Below are positions 31,589 through 41,573 of a stretch of 64,000 nt of DNA, piece by piece. Position numbers and translations under genes: made by a program. The stretch comes from an uncultured Nitrospinota bacterium. Lineage in GTDB: Bacteria > Tectomicrobia > Entotheonellia > J063 > CAVPRW01. A model generated the notes under the pieces. The model did not search any database, was not told the origin of the DNA, and saw only the letters and a program-made list of their open reading frames with translations. Location of the stretch: assembly GCA_963707985.1 (NCBI GenBank), contig CAVPRW010000014.1, positions 192,001 to 256,000 on the forward strand. The letters run 5' to 3'. Numbering within the stretch: the stretch's first letter is position 1; every line of letters starts with the position of its first letter.

Positions 31589-33718
31589 ATGTCCATGCCG
31601 CACCGCGTGGAAAAGGAACTCGCCGGCAGAAAATTAGTCATCGAAGTCGGGGAGGTTGCCAAACAGGCCAACGGAGCCACGCTTGTCTGGTACGGGGAGA
31701 CGGTGGTGCTGGTCACGGCGGTCGTAGCCCCGGATGTACGAGAAGGGATAGATTTCGTGCCCCTGACGGTGGATTACCGCGAGAAGGCCTATGCTGCCGG
31801 CAAAATCCCCGGGGGGTTCTTCAAGCGCGAGGGCCGACCCAGTGAGCGCGAGGTGCTCACGAGTCGCCTCATCGATCGTCCGATTCGTCCACTCTTTCCT
31901 ACGGGGTTTGGTCAGGAAACGCAAGTCATCGCCATCGTGCTGTCCGCGGATACGGAAAACGATCCAGATATCCTGGCGATGATTGGCGCTTCAACAGCAC
32001 TCACAGTTTCCGACATCCCCTTCCAGGGGCCCATGGGGGCCGTGCGCGTCGGGCTGATCGAGGGTGAATTCATCGTCAATCCAACCCGTCAGCAGCAGAT
32101 CCTCAGCGACCTTGACTTGGTCATTGCGGGTGTTGACGAAGGGATTGTGATGGTAGAAGGCAGTGGCCGAGAGGTGTCCGAGGAGGTGCTAATCGAAGGG
32201 CTAGAGGTCGGACACCGGGTCATTCGTGAGATCATCGCCCTGCAACGCGACCTCCGGGAGACGGCAGGCAAACCAAAACTGCCCTCAGCGGTGGAAGCCA
32301 ATGACTTGGCGTTAGTCCAGCGGGTACGAGAGTTGGCGACACCATGGGTGCGAGATGCCATCCGTATCCCAGAGAAGCAGGTGCGCGAGCGCCGCATGTC
32401 GGAGATCCTGGCCGAAGTCACGACGACCCTGGCCGACCTTGTGCCAGAGCAGACTCGTCTGGTTCCCAAGCTAATCGAGACCATCGAGCGTGAGCAAATG
32501 CGCACGATGATTCTCGAAGAAGGCATCCGGGCCGACGGCCGTCGCACTGACGAGATTCGGCCGATTAGCATCCGTATAGGCGTCCTCCCCCGCACGCATG
32601 GCTCATCGCTGTTTACGCGCGGGGAGACACAGGCCCTGGTGGTCAGCACTTTAGGCACCTCGACCGACGAGCAGATCGTTGATGAACTCGAAGGGAAGAG
32701 TTCCAAGGCCTTCATGCTGCATTATAACTTTCCCTCGTTCAGCGTCGGCGAGGTAAGTCCGATGCGTGGTCCAGGCCGTCGCGAAATCGGCCATGGGGCA
32801 CTAGCCGAGCGCTCCGTCGCACCGATCCTGCCCAACAGCGACACATTTCCCTATACCATCCGGGTGGTGTCTGACATCCTGGAGTCAAATGGTTCTTCTT
32901 CCATGGCAACGGTCTGCGGGGCGACCCTCTCCCTGATGGACGCCGGCGTGCCGATTCTCGCTCCCGTAGCAGGGATCGCGATGGGACTGATCAGTGAGCC
33001 TGGTCGTGGTATTGCGGTGCTGTCAGATATCCTAGGTCTGGAGGATCATCTGGGGGATATGGACTTTAAGGTCGCCGGGACGCCGACCGGCATTACCGGC
33101 TTCCAGTTGGATGTGAAAATTGGTGGAGTGGATACGACGATCTTGCGGGGAGCTCTTGAACAGGCGCACCAAGGACGACTCTGGATCCTGGAGAAAATGG
33201 CTGCAGTGATTGCCATGCCCCGCGCGCAGTTATCCACACACGCACCGCGCATTATCACCATCCGTATCAATCCGGATAAAATCCGCGAAGTCATCGGCCC
33301 TGGTGGGAAGGTCATCCGCGGCATCATCGAGAAGACCGGCGCGAACATCGACATCGAAGACGATGGTCGCATCAACATCGCGTCAGCCGATGAGAAGGCG
33401 GCGCGGGCCGCCATTGAGATCATACGCGGCATTACAGCAGAGGCGGAGATCGGTAAAATCTATCGTGGCAAGGTGAAAAAAATTACCGACTTCGGCGCCT
33501 TTGTCGAGATCATGCCGGGCACGGATGGCCTGGTGCATATTTCCCAGATCGCCGAGCAGCGCATCAAAAGTGTGTCCGATGTGCTGAAGGAAGGCGAGGA
33601 GGTCATGGTTAAGGTGCTGGAAATCGACAAGCAGGGACGCGTCAAGCTGAGTCGTCGCGAGGCCCTCCGAGAGGCTAAGGAGCGTGACGAACCTGCACCG
33701 GCGGATGCTTCTACTTAA
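31589..33718 (+). CDS. pnp: Polyribonucleotide nucleotidyltransferase (PNPase)
   Basis: RLIDRPIRPLF, FTRGETQ, RREIGHG, ESNGSSSMA, GDMDFKVAG, KH and S1 domains. Confidence 0.98.
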   Translation: MSMPHRVEKELAGRKLVIEVGEVAKQANGATLVWYGETVVLVTAVVAPDVREGIDFVPLTVDYREKAYAAGKIPGGFFKREGRPSEREVLTSRLIDRPIRPLFPTGFGQETQVIAIVLSADTENDPDILAMIGASTALTVSDIPFQGPMGAVRVGLIEGEFIVNPTRQQQILSDLDLVIAGVDEGIVMVEGSGREVSEEVLIEGLEVGHRVIREIIALQRDLRETAGKPKLPSAVEANDLALVQRVRELATPWVRDAIRIPEKQVRERRMSEILAEVTTTLADLVPEQTRLVPKLIETIEREQMRTMILEEGIRADGRRTDEIRPISIRIGVLPRTHGSSLFTRGETQALVVSTLGTSTDEQIVDELEGKSSKAFMLHYNFPSFSVGEVSPMRGPGRREIGHGALAERSVAPILPNSDTFPYTIRVVSDILESNGSSSMATVCGATLSLMDAGVPILAPVAGIAMGLISEPGRGIAVLSDILGLEDHLGDMDFKVAGTPTGITGFQLDVKIGGVDTTILRGALEQAHQGRLWILEKMAAVIAMPRAQLSTHAPRIITIRINPDKIREVIGPGGKVIRGIIEKTGANIDIEDDGRINIASADEKAARAAIEIIRGITAEAEIGKIYRGKVKKITDFGAFVEIMPGTDGLVHISQIAEQRIKSVSDVLKEGEEVMVKVLEIDKQGRVKLSRREALREAKERDEPAPADAST

Positions 33719-34020
33719 CGTAGATGATCCTCTACATGAGGGCTAGAATCCTCTTCTATTCCTCCTAGTCTGCCGTATGTGTGGTTGCCGTGTTGACCTG
33801 CTGGCTCCTGAGAGCATTGATGCCCAGCAGGTCAGTTGCGGTGCCCAAGCCGCTGTTCTTCTCCTCGTTCACATATCGTGGATCGCTGGCAGTCGGTATG
33901 CCGTGGTCGGTTGTTCCCAGCATGGCACCGATCGTGCGCTCGGGCTTGTCTGCCGAGCGCGGGGCACGTTACCCATCTTAGTGCAGGATATCCTCGTAAC
34001 TAGCAGGTAGTGGTGGTGTG

Positions 34021-34120
34021 TAAATAATATATGTTATATAGATGATAGTTACGTGATAGTAGTTAAAGTAAAATATGATATGTCTATATGTAAATATCTA
34101 AATTACAATAGATACAAAAG
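34021..34120. other. Strongly AT-rich intergenic patch
   Basis: 19 G+C in 100 nt by hand count, in an otherwise GC-rich window. Confidence 0.8.
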
Positions 34121-34210
34121 TTCATACTGCATGCAACGCTGCCCTGTCTTCCATTAAGAGCGAGCCATTAGTGTCGGAGGACAGGCCTTGCAGTAAACAT
34201 CGTGCAGTGC

Positions 34211-34239
34211 TTGCCAAGCAGAAGGAAATGTACTAAGAT
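34211..34239 (+). promoter_or_regulatory. sigma70-type promoter
   Basis: TTGCCA-17 nt-TAAGAT upstream of the thioredoxin-like gene. Confidence 0.45.
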
Positions 34240-34345
34240 GGCGACCGTTGACTAGGTGCAAACGTGTATCGGTAAGTTACAGGTGCAGGCGGTTTGGAAG
34301 GAGAGGGCGTTAGGGCTGATCGCCCCGCAATCGGAGGAGGTATCG

Positions 34346-34861
34346 ATGATCACACGCAAACGGTTTGAGCAGGGTCTGACATGGGATGAATACATGGGAG
34401 GGATTCAGAAAAACCAGGACCTCTTTAAGGCGAAGTACGAAGAAGTGGAGATATCGCCTGAAGACCGAGCCTTCTTCCAGGGCATCAAGAAGCCTATCTA
34501 TGTCGTGGCCATCGGGGAAGATTGGTGCCCCGATGTCTACAACAACCTGCCGGTCATGGCGCGTATCGCAGCGCTAAACCCAAGCATCCAATTGCGCATT
34601 TTCCCACGCGACCAAAATCACGACCTGATGCATCGCTACCTCTTCCGAGGGCAGAGTCAGTCGATTCCGGCCTTCGGGTTCTTCAATGAAAACCTCGAAG
34701 AATTCGCCAAGCATACTGGTGGTCGCCCCAAAATGCTGTGGGATTTGATCGATCAGCTCGGCAAGGACGAATCCCGTCCCAAACTGCGGGAGCATTATGC
34801 CTCGAACCGGGGGCGTGAGATGTTGCGTGAGCTGCGGGAGATTCTACAGAAAGGGGCGTGA
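34346..34861 (+). CDS. Thioredoxin-family protein (Thioredoxin_9-like), single-Cys WCPDV motif
   Basis: GGAGGAGG RBS; VAIGEDWCPDV...PVMARIA...RDQNHDLM...QSIP. Confidence 0.8.
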   Translation: MITRKRFEQGLTWDEYMGGIQKNQDLFKAKYEEVEISPEDRAFFQGIKKPIYVVAIGEDWCPDVYNNLPVMARIAALNPSIQLRIFPRDQNHDLMHRYLFRGQSQSIPAFGFFNENLEEFAKHTGGRPKMLWDLIDQLGKDESRPKLREHYASNRGREMLRELREILQKGA

Positions 34862-34868
34862 GCAAGGA

Positions 34869-34899
34869 CGGGAGGGGCCCGGTTCGGAGACCCCTCCCG
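34869..34899. terminator. GC-rich hairpin after the thioredoxin-like gene
   Basis: CGGGAGGGG...CCCCTCCCG inverted repeat with no clear U tract. Confidence 0.35.
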
Positions 34900-35125
34900 C
34901 GCCACCTTTGCGATGCACGAAACATTCTGGAGGTTTCCGGCCCGCGCCTGAGCTCTCTTGGGATTTTCCTCCGATCATCCGCTGTCAGCCCAGAGAAAGA
35001 AGCAAGACTAGAGGTTGTTCTGGAAGTTGACAGAATATCCCTTATGGGAAGTAGAAGGTCAAACCCCGTACGAGCCACCGCGGTTAGGATCGCCAAGCAT
35101 CGCCCCCTGGCACCTTGGTTTGTGC

Positions 35126-35491
35126 CTATAAGGCGTCGTCGGCATACTCCCCTCCGACGCCCTCATCCCCGGGTCCCCGTCCTTCTGCCTCCATCATTTC
35201 GTCGACGACAGCCCCAAAATCCTCACCGGCTTCGTCCCCCAGGGCACTCCCCATCTTCTTGGCCCACTTCGCCAGACTACGTGGATCCTCCACGTCACCG
35301 ATTTTCGTCGGGTCGGCAAGGTCTTCCAGCATAGCATCCTCGGAGCGTACCCGCGCCACCCGTGAGATCAAGCGAGCCAGATCCTTCCCCTGGCACGCAG
35401 GGCAGGCAGGATCGCGCGAATCGCGTGACACCCCGTAGAGAAAGGCAAAGGTACGTCCACACGCATTGCAACGATACTCATAGATTGGCAT
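35126..35491 (-). CDS. FmdB-family zinc-ribbon protein
   Basis: MPIYEYRCNACG...CPAC...RLISR with an acidic tail. Confidence 0.88.
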   Translation of the reverse strand: MPIYEYRCNACGRTFAFLYGVSRDSRDPACPACQGKDLARLISRVARVRSEDAMLEDLADPTKIGDVEDPRSLAKWAKKMGSALGDEAGEDFGAVVDEMMEAEGRGPGDEGVGGEYADDAL

Positions 35492-35699
35492 ACATGTCCC
35501 TCACACAGATTGACACAGCTGCGGTCGCTAGACATTTCTCAGCGGCCCGCTGCGGACCCCGCCAGCTCATGCTCGGCGCGGCGATCCTGCACGTACATCG
35601 GTTGCACTAGCCGCGATGCATGCCACCAGCACCCACGGACAACGCTTTCCCCTCGCTGGTGCCTCCCCAGGCATAACTCAACCGGCAGCAGCGCCATGG

Positions 35700-37874
35700 C
35701 TACGAAGGCAAGTGGGGGGCGGGGATATCCTGAATATAGACTTCGCGCGGTCGGCTGCCGCCGGCTGGACCAATCACGCCCTCTCGCTCCATGGCTTCGA
35801 TCAGGCGAGCTGCCCGCTTATAGCCGATGCGCAGGTGGCGTTGCATGAGTGACGCCGAGGCTTGTCCCAGTCTGGCTGCCAAGGCCACCGCCGCATCATA
35901 CTTATCGTCGAAGACCTCGGGTTCGGCACTGTCGTTCGTTTGCGGCGTGAATATTGACCCATCGTAAGCCGGGGTTTGCTGCGTGCGCAGATACTCCACC
36001 ACGCGTTTGATCTCGGCTTCCGAAACGTAGGCGCCATGGATACGCACCAGCTTCGACGTCCCCGGCGGTAAGAAGAGCATATCCCCCTTGCCGAGCAGAC
36101 GTTCGGCGCCAATAGCATCCAGGATGGTGCGGGAGTCGGTACGCGAAGAGACCTGGAAGGAGATGCGGGCAGGGAAGTTAGCTTTGATGATGCCGGTCAA
36201 CACATCTACTGAGGGTCGTTGTGTGGCGACGAGCAGATGAATCCCTGACGCCCGGGCCATCTGGGCCAATCGTGTAAGCGCATCCTCCACGTCGCGACGG
36301 GCCACCAACATCAAGTCAGCCAGCTCATCGATCACCACGACTAGATAGGGCAGGCGTGAGTCGGGATGCGTCTGGTTGTAGCCGTCGAGGCTGCGCACTC
36401 CGTGCCCAGCCAGCAAGCGGTAGCGCCGTTCCATTTCGGCAACCGCCCAATGCAGTGCCGCCGCGGCCTTTTTCGGATGAGTAACCACTGGGGAGATGAG
36501 ATGCGGAATGCCGTCGTAGACCGACAACTCCAGCATCTTGGGATCGATCATAATAAATTTGACTTCCTCGGGAGTGGCGTTGAGGAGCATGCTGCAGATC
36601 ATACTATTCAAGCTTACGCTCTTGCCCGAGCCGGTGGCTCCGGCGATAAGCAAGTGGGGGATCTGCGCCAGGTCAGTGACCGTTGGGATGCCCAAAATAT
36701 CTTTGCCCAAGGCCAAGACAAGCTTCGACGCGGTCTGCCGGAATGCCGGTGAGGCCACAATTTCGCGCAAGTAGACCGGCTGCCGATGGGGATTGGGGAT
36801 CTCGATACCGACCACCGATTTACCCGGAATCGGGGCCACAATCCTCACGGATAGTGCCTTCATCCCCAGGGCGAGGTCGTCAGCCAGGTTGACGATACGA
36901 CTTACCTTGATGCCCGACGCCGGTTCGAATTCATACATGGTTACCACCGGTCCTGGCAATACTTGCACGACGCTTCCATCCACTCCGAAGTCACGGAGCC
37001 TGCCCGCCAGAATGGTGGCCTGCTTCGCCAGATTAGACCCGACGCCATGTGGCTTACCGGGGCACGGGAGATCGAATAGCGACAGCGGTGGCTTGCGGTC
37101 GACAGGTGCGCCGGGCTCTTCGGTGGTCGATCGCCGTGTCGGTTTGGAATGCAACGACGGGCTGACGGGTAGGGCGGCCGCGCTCAAGATGACGTCGGTG
37201 CTATTCGAGGTGTCAGTGGCGAGCAACGGTGCCACCACCACGGGGGGGGATGACCGTGACCGTGCGCTTCGCCGCCGGTGAGTGGATGCCCGCCTGTGCC
37301 CGCGCCGTCCGCGGAGGAATAAGAGCACCGAACTGCCGAACGATCGTAGCTGCATCATCCCACGCCGGCCCATTAACAACCACGGGCGGACCACCATCAT
37401 GCCACCCAGTACGGCCACGATGGCGCTGATCAACAGGGTGCCCCCGACATTGCAATACGGCAAGAGAACAGCCCCTAGCCTGCGTCCGACCACCCCCCCC
37501 GCATCGCCCATAAATGCGAACGCCTGCGCCAGACTGAATTGCAGCAGAGGTGCGGTACCCAGGAGGAGCAGTATTCCCCCAAGTCCCAGTGCCAGCAGCT
37601 GCCGGCGCCGCGCGCAGGTATACCAGAGATGCGCGGCGTGACCGAGCAGACCGACCACAAGAAACGCGCCACCACCCAGGGCCTGGATCAGCATGCTCGC
37701 CAGTCGATGACCGACAGGCCCTCCCCAATTTGCGGACGGCGACACACCTCCCAACGTTGAGGCGGCGTGACTCCAAGACAGGAGGCTCAGGAGGATGAAG
37801 AGGCTCAGCCCGCCGATCACCAGGCCAAACGCCTCATCGCACAGCAGGGCAGGTCGTCGTTCAGAAGCCACCAT
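35700..37874 (-). CDS. ftsK: DNA translocase FtsK
   Basis: N-terminal TM domain, PGPVVTMYE, PHLLIAGATGSGKS, VIDELADLM, ATQRPSVDV, C-terminal gamma domain (QRHLRIGYKRAARL). Confidence 0.96.
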   Translation of the reverse strand: MVASERRPALLCDEAFGLVIGGLSLFILLSLLSWSHAASTLGGVSPSANWGGPVGHRLASMLIQALGGGAFLVVGLLGHAAHLWYTCARRRQLLALGLGGILLLLGTAPLLQFSLAQAFAFMGDAGGVVGRRLGAVLLPYCNVGGTLLISAIVAVLGGMMVVRPWLLMGRRGMMQLRSFGSSVLLFLRGRRGHRRASTHRRRSARSRSSPPVVVAPLLATDTSNSTDVILSAAALPVSPSLHSKPTRRSTTEEPGAPVDRKPPLSLFDLPCPGKPHGVGSNLAKQATILAGRLRDFGVDGSVVQVLPGPVVTMYEFEPASGIKVSRIVNLADDLALGMKALSVRIVAPIPGKSVVGIEIPNPHRQPVYLREIVASPAFRQTASKLVLALGKDILGIPTVTDLAQIPHLLIAGATGSGKSVSLNSMICSMLLNATPEEVKFIMIDPKMLELSVYDGIPHLISPVVTHPKKAAAALHWAVAEMERRYRLLAGHGVRSLDGYNQTHPDSRLPYLVVVIDELADLMLVARRDVEDALTRLAQMARASGIHLLVATQRPSVDVLTGIIKANFPARISFQVSSRTDSRTILDAIGAERLLGKGDMLFLPPGTSKLVRIHGAYVSEAEIKRVVEYLRTQQTPAYDGSIFTPQTNDSAEPEVFDDKYDAAVALAARLGQASASLMQRHLRIGYKRAARLIEAMEREGVIGPAGGSRPREVYIQDIPAPHLPS

Positions 37875-38089
37875 TACCTCGTGAGAAGCCAGGTAATCAC
37901 TTTGGCAGTCGCGGCCGCTCAGGTAACCTTCATCCGACGGAGAGCTGAGCGGTCCGCAAGGGTAACTCTGATATTTTTACCCCTTGCCTGTCGCGTTTGT
38001 CGCCGGACGGCCCGATTGCTACTGACGGGGACGGCAGTTAGTGTATAGATTCGTCGGTTCACAGCAGCTATGAGCTGTCTAGTGCCTGC

Positions 38090-38186
38090 ATTCTGCCATA
38101 GGCAACAAGCCGTGTCAATCGCCCGCTGTATACAATACTCATGTAATGGAGCGGTTTTGACAGCGCTAGCGATGGCATGCTAATAT
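38090..38186. promoter_or_regulatory. Divergent sigma70-type promoters (ftsK / DUF151 gene)
   Basis: Minus strand TTGACA-17-CAGAAT at 38118-38090; plus strand TTGACA-18-TAATAT at 38157-38186. Confidence 0.5.
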
Positions 38187-38258
38187 CGCTGCCAAATTGA
38201 GCAGGTGAGCGTTGGTATTCGTTGCAAGTGCCCGGGATCGCACAGGAGGAGAAAAGTC

Positions 38259-39059
38259 ATGACAAGGAGGGGCTGGATCACCTGCGCTGGGGCCATCATG
38301 GGCGCTGGCTGGACCTTCTTTCTGGCAGCGCAACCAGTCACGGGCACCCTGCTGGAGGTACGTGTTCGCGGGGTCACTGTCGATCCACAAGCCGGATCCC
38401 CCGTGGTGCTGCTCGATGTCCTTCAGGGTGATCGGGTTCTGCCGATTTGGGTCGGTGTCTTTGAGGCGCGTGCTATTGCCATGGAAATAGACAAAATCGC
38501 ACCCCCACGACCGATGACCCATGACCTCATCAAGACCATCATTGAGGGGGTAAAAGCACAGGTCACTAACGTGATCATCAGCGACATCAGAGACAATACG
38601 TTCTACGCGCAGATCACCATCAACACCGGTGCGGCGAGCTTACAGATCGACGCCCGCCCCAGCGATGCGATCGCGCTCGCCTTGCGGGTCGGGGCCCCCA
38701 TCTACGTGGAGAAAACCGTGCTCGACCGCGCCCCGGCAATCGAATTGCCGGGCAACGAACCAACAGCGATGACGGTGCTGAAACGCCACGGGCTGACGCT
38801 GCAAAATCTCACCACCTCGCTGGCGATGCATTTTCAGCTGCCAACATCCGACGGGGTGATAGTCTCCGATGTCGAGACAGGCAGCGAGGCTGAGCGAGAT
38901 GGCGTGCGCCGCGGAGATATCATCGTCGCGGCGAACCAGGGGAAAATCGCTAACCTGCAAGCCCTCGAGTCCACCCTAGGTCGAGGGGGCAACGTGTCGC
39001 TGCAGATCGTCCGGGGCGATAAGCACCTCACCGTCATGCTCCGCAGCCCAACTCCCTGA
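38259..39059 (+). CDS. Bifunctional nuclease (DUF151) domain protein with N-terminal signal and C-terminal PDZ
   Basis: PVVLL...LPIWVGVFEARAI...RPMTHDL...IDARPSDAIALALR, then GVIVSDVETGSEAERDGVRRGDII. Confidence 0.85.
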   Translation: MTRRGWITCAGAIMGAGWTFFLAAQPVTGTLLEVRVRGVTVDPQAGSPVVLLDVLQGDRVLPIWVGVFEARAIAMEIDKIAPPRPMTHDLIKTIIEGVKAQVTNVIISDIRDNTFYAQITINTGAASLQIDARPSDAIALALRVGAPIYVEKTVLDRAPAIELPGNEPTAMTVLKRHGLTLQNLTTSLAMHFQLPTSDGVIVSDVETGSEAERDGVRRGDIIVAANQGKIANLQALESTLGRGGNVSLQIVRGDKHLTVMLRSPTP

Positions 39060-39134
39060 GGCTATGACCCTCTGGACCGTGCCCTTCAGCGGCAAACAAT
39101 CCTGTCCACGGGTGTTCACCCAGATGACAGCCCT

Positions 39135-39662
39135 TTACACGAGTTGCCTTAAGAGGTACTGATAGAAGGGATCCTGTAACACGACTTTTTCCCGGTTGAG
39201 CGCCGTGACACAGTACTCAAATTGCTCTGACAGCTTGCGAAAAAGGGTTTCCGTGGGTTTACTCCGATCCATTTCGGCAACAATCAGATATGCCTCCTTA
39301 CCCTGGGTGATGTAATATTCTGGGCTAACGGCACGACGTCGCCGCGTCAGGCTTTCAGGATAGAGCCCAGTGATGAACAACGTGTAATCTCCAATGTGCT
39401 TGCGAGCTTCGCGCTCATCGGTCGGCGCTTGGTCGCGCAGGTCTAGCACCATGTCCACAAGGTGATCAAGGCGACGGCCCTGCTGGTCACGTAGCCGAAA
39501 CAGGCTGTCGACGTGTATGAACTCGACCAGAAGATCAGCAACATACCGGATGAGGTCGCGGTCATGTACGTCGATATGCTCAAAGCTCATCTCGGTAAGC
39601 GTCCGGAACATCTTGCGGATAGGGTGATCTGCGGGCACTTGCCGCTGTCTCTCAAGGCTCAC
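39135..39662 (-). CDS. Hypothetical protein
   Basis: 175-aa ORF with globular-protein composition, an RBS and an upstream TTGACA-18-TACAAT promoter (39748-39719). Confidence 0.75.
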   Translation of the reverse strand: MSLERQRQVPADHPIRKMFRTLTEMSFEHIDVHDRDLIRYVADLLVEFIHVDSLFRLRDQQGRRLDHLVDMVLDLRDQAPTDEREARKHIGDYTLFITGLYPESLTRRRRAVSPEYYITQGKEAYLIVAEMDRSKPTETLFRKLSEQFEYCVTALNREKVVLQDPFYQYLLRQLV

Positions 39663-39983
39663 CCTCTTCCCCCCCCCACTGCGTACACGGGCGTTAGTGT
39701 TGAATAGGCTCCATAATTATTGTAGGGAGACGCCTCGGCGCTTGTCAACCGCAAAGTCGCACGCCAACGACGCTAACAACGAGATGAGGAGAAGACAGGA
39801 GAGGCAGGGGCCAGGACGGTGCCTGGACAGGTAATCCCGCGATTGACAAACGCTCCCCAAGTGTCCAATATTACGCCAACCGTGCAACACGGCGCGGAGT
39901 GCGCAGATACCGGAAGGGGGGGGCCAGACCGCGCAACGGTATGGTTGTGAGGACACATGTAGGCCCGTAAGGAGGAAATCGGC

Positions 39984-41150
39984 ATGATGACCTATGCCCA
40001 ACGGATGGACCGGCTGGGGACGGAAACGGCCTTTGAAGTACTTGCGCGTGCGAAGGCTTTGGAAGCCCAGGGACGAGACATCCTGCATTTTGAGATCGGC
40101 GAGCCGGATTTTGACACCCCAGTCCACATCAAGGAGGCTGCCATCCAGGCCCTCCATGAGGGCTATACCCACTATGGTCCTACCCCTGGACTTCCCGTGC
40201 TGCGCCAGGCGATCGCCGAAGTTGTGTCGACATCACGCGGCATTCCGGTGTCGGCGGAGGAGGTCATCGTTACGCCGGGCGCAAAACCGATCATGTTCTT
40301 CACGCTCTTGGCCTACGCCCAGGCTGGAGATGAAGTAATCTATCCCAACCCCAGCTTCCCAATTTACGAATCGATGATCAACTTCGTTGGGGCGACGCCC
40401 GTGCCCATCCCACTCCTCGAAGTCAATGGTTTTAGCTTCGATATGGAGCGCTTTGAGGCCAGCCTCTCGCCACGCACCAAACTGATCATCCTCAATTCCC
40501 CGGGCAACCCGACTGGAGGCATCATCCCGGCGGCGGACTTGCACCGGATCGCGGCCATGGCGCGGGAGCGCAACATTCGCGTATTGTCCGACGAAATCTA
40601 TGCCGGAATGCACTACGAGGGGACGCCCGCGAGCATCGCCTCACTCCCCGGCATGCAGGACTTGACGATCATTCTGGATGGCTTCAGTAAGTTGTATGCC
40701 ATGACGGGGTGGCGCCTGGGATATGCGGTAGCCCATCACTCCGTGATTGAGCATTTTACCAAGCTTATGGCCAACTCGGCGTCCTGCACGGCCTCCTTCG
40801 TCCAGATCGCTGGCGTCGCCGCCCTGCGCGGACCGCAGGAGCCGTCCCAGCGCATGGTGATGGAATTTCGCCGTCGCCGTGAGATCATTGTCAAAGGGAT
40901 GAATGACATTCGCGGGTTGCACTGCGCCACGCCGCCGGGGGCGTTCTATGTCTTTCCTAATATCCAGGCGCTGCAGCGATCTAGCGCCGATATAGCCACG
41001 CGCCTCCTGGACGAGGCAGGTATCGCCTGTTTAGCTGGAACAGCTTTCGGTTTATTTGGCGAAGGTTATCTGAGATTCTCTTATGCAAGTTCTGAAGATA
41101 ATATCCGTAAGATGCTTGAAAAGCTCAATAAATTTGTTTCAACTCTATGA
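39984..41150 (+). CDS. PLP-dependent class I/II aminotransferase
   Basis: IGEPDFDTP, NSPGNPTG, SDEIY, GFSKLYAMTGWRLG. Confidence 0.93.
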   Translation: MMTYAQRMDRLGTETAFEVLARAKALEAQGRDILHFEIGEPDFDTPVHIKEAAIQALHEGYTHYGPTPGLPVLRQAIAEVVSTSRGIPVSAEEVIVTPGAKPIMFFTLLAYAQAGDEVIYPNPSFPIYESMINFVGATPVPIPLLEVNGFSFDMERFEASLSPRTKLIILNSPGNPTGGIIPAADLHRIAAMARERNIRVLSDEIYAGMHYEGTPASIASLPGMQDLTIILDGFSKLYAMTGWRLGYAVAHHSVIEHFTKLMANSASCTASFVQIAGVAALRGPQEPSQRMVMEFRRRREIIVKGMNDIRGLHCATPPGAFYVFPNIQALQRSSADIATRLLDEAGIACLAGTAFGLFGEGYLRFSYASSEDNIRKMLEKLNKFVSTL

Positions 41151-41156
41151 TCATAG

Positions 41157-41351
41157 GTGGGAGATCTGTGGGCGATGGGCATTCTCCTGTTTATCTGTAT
41201 CGCTGCTTTCCTGTTGCTCTTTGCCATCAATAATGAGGCCGAGGTCGTGCTGTCCAGCCCCATGGCGCTCGGTATGGTTATTGTGATTACGGTGGCAGCT
41301 CTTTATCTGTTGCGATCGTTGACGCGTGATTGGACCCGTAAGCGCAAATAA
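41157..41351 (+). CDS. Small two-TM membrane protein
   Basis: Two hydrophobic segments and a basic C-terminus, immediately after the aminotransferase. Confidence 0.55.
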   Translation: MGDLWAMGILLFICIAAFLLLFAINNEAEVVLSSPMALGMVIVITVAALYLLRSLTRDWTRKRK

Positions 41352-41437
41352 GCACGGTGACGTGAGGGATGCGACCATTCCCTGCACATCGTCCGCAGGC
41401 CCAGCGTCCTGAGACTTCCGTCCGTCCCCAGGCGTAC

Positions 41438-41466
41438 TTGACGCCAGGCGCCTAGGTTGATATGGT
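41438..41466 (+). promoter_or_regulatory. sigma70-type promoter
   Basis: TTGACG-17 nt-TATGGT. Confidence 0.5.
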
Positions 41467-41573
41467 AGCAATATGGCGCGCAGATGTTGTGTAAGCTCCG
41501 AGCCTTCTGTTCAGGCCTGCGACGTCCCGAGTGCGCAGCGGACGAGCCCCGTCCTGCCGTAAGGAACAGCTAC

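Noticed and set aside
33230..33238. Perfect DnaA box TTATCCACA
   Set aside because: A single copy inside the pnp coding sequence; compatible with chance.
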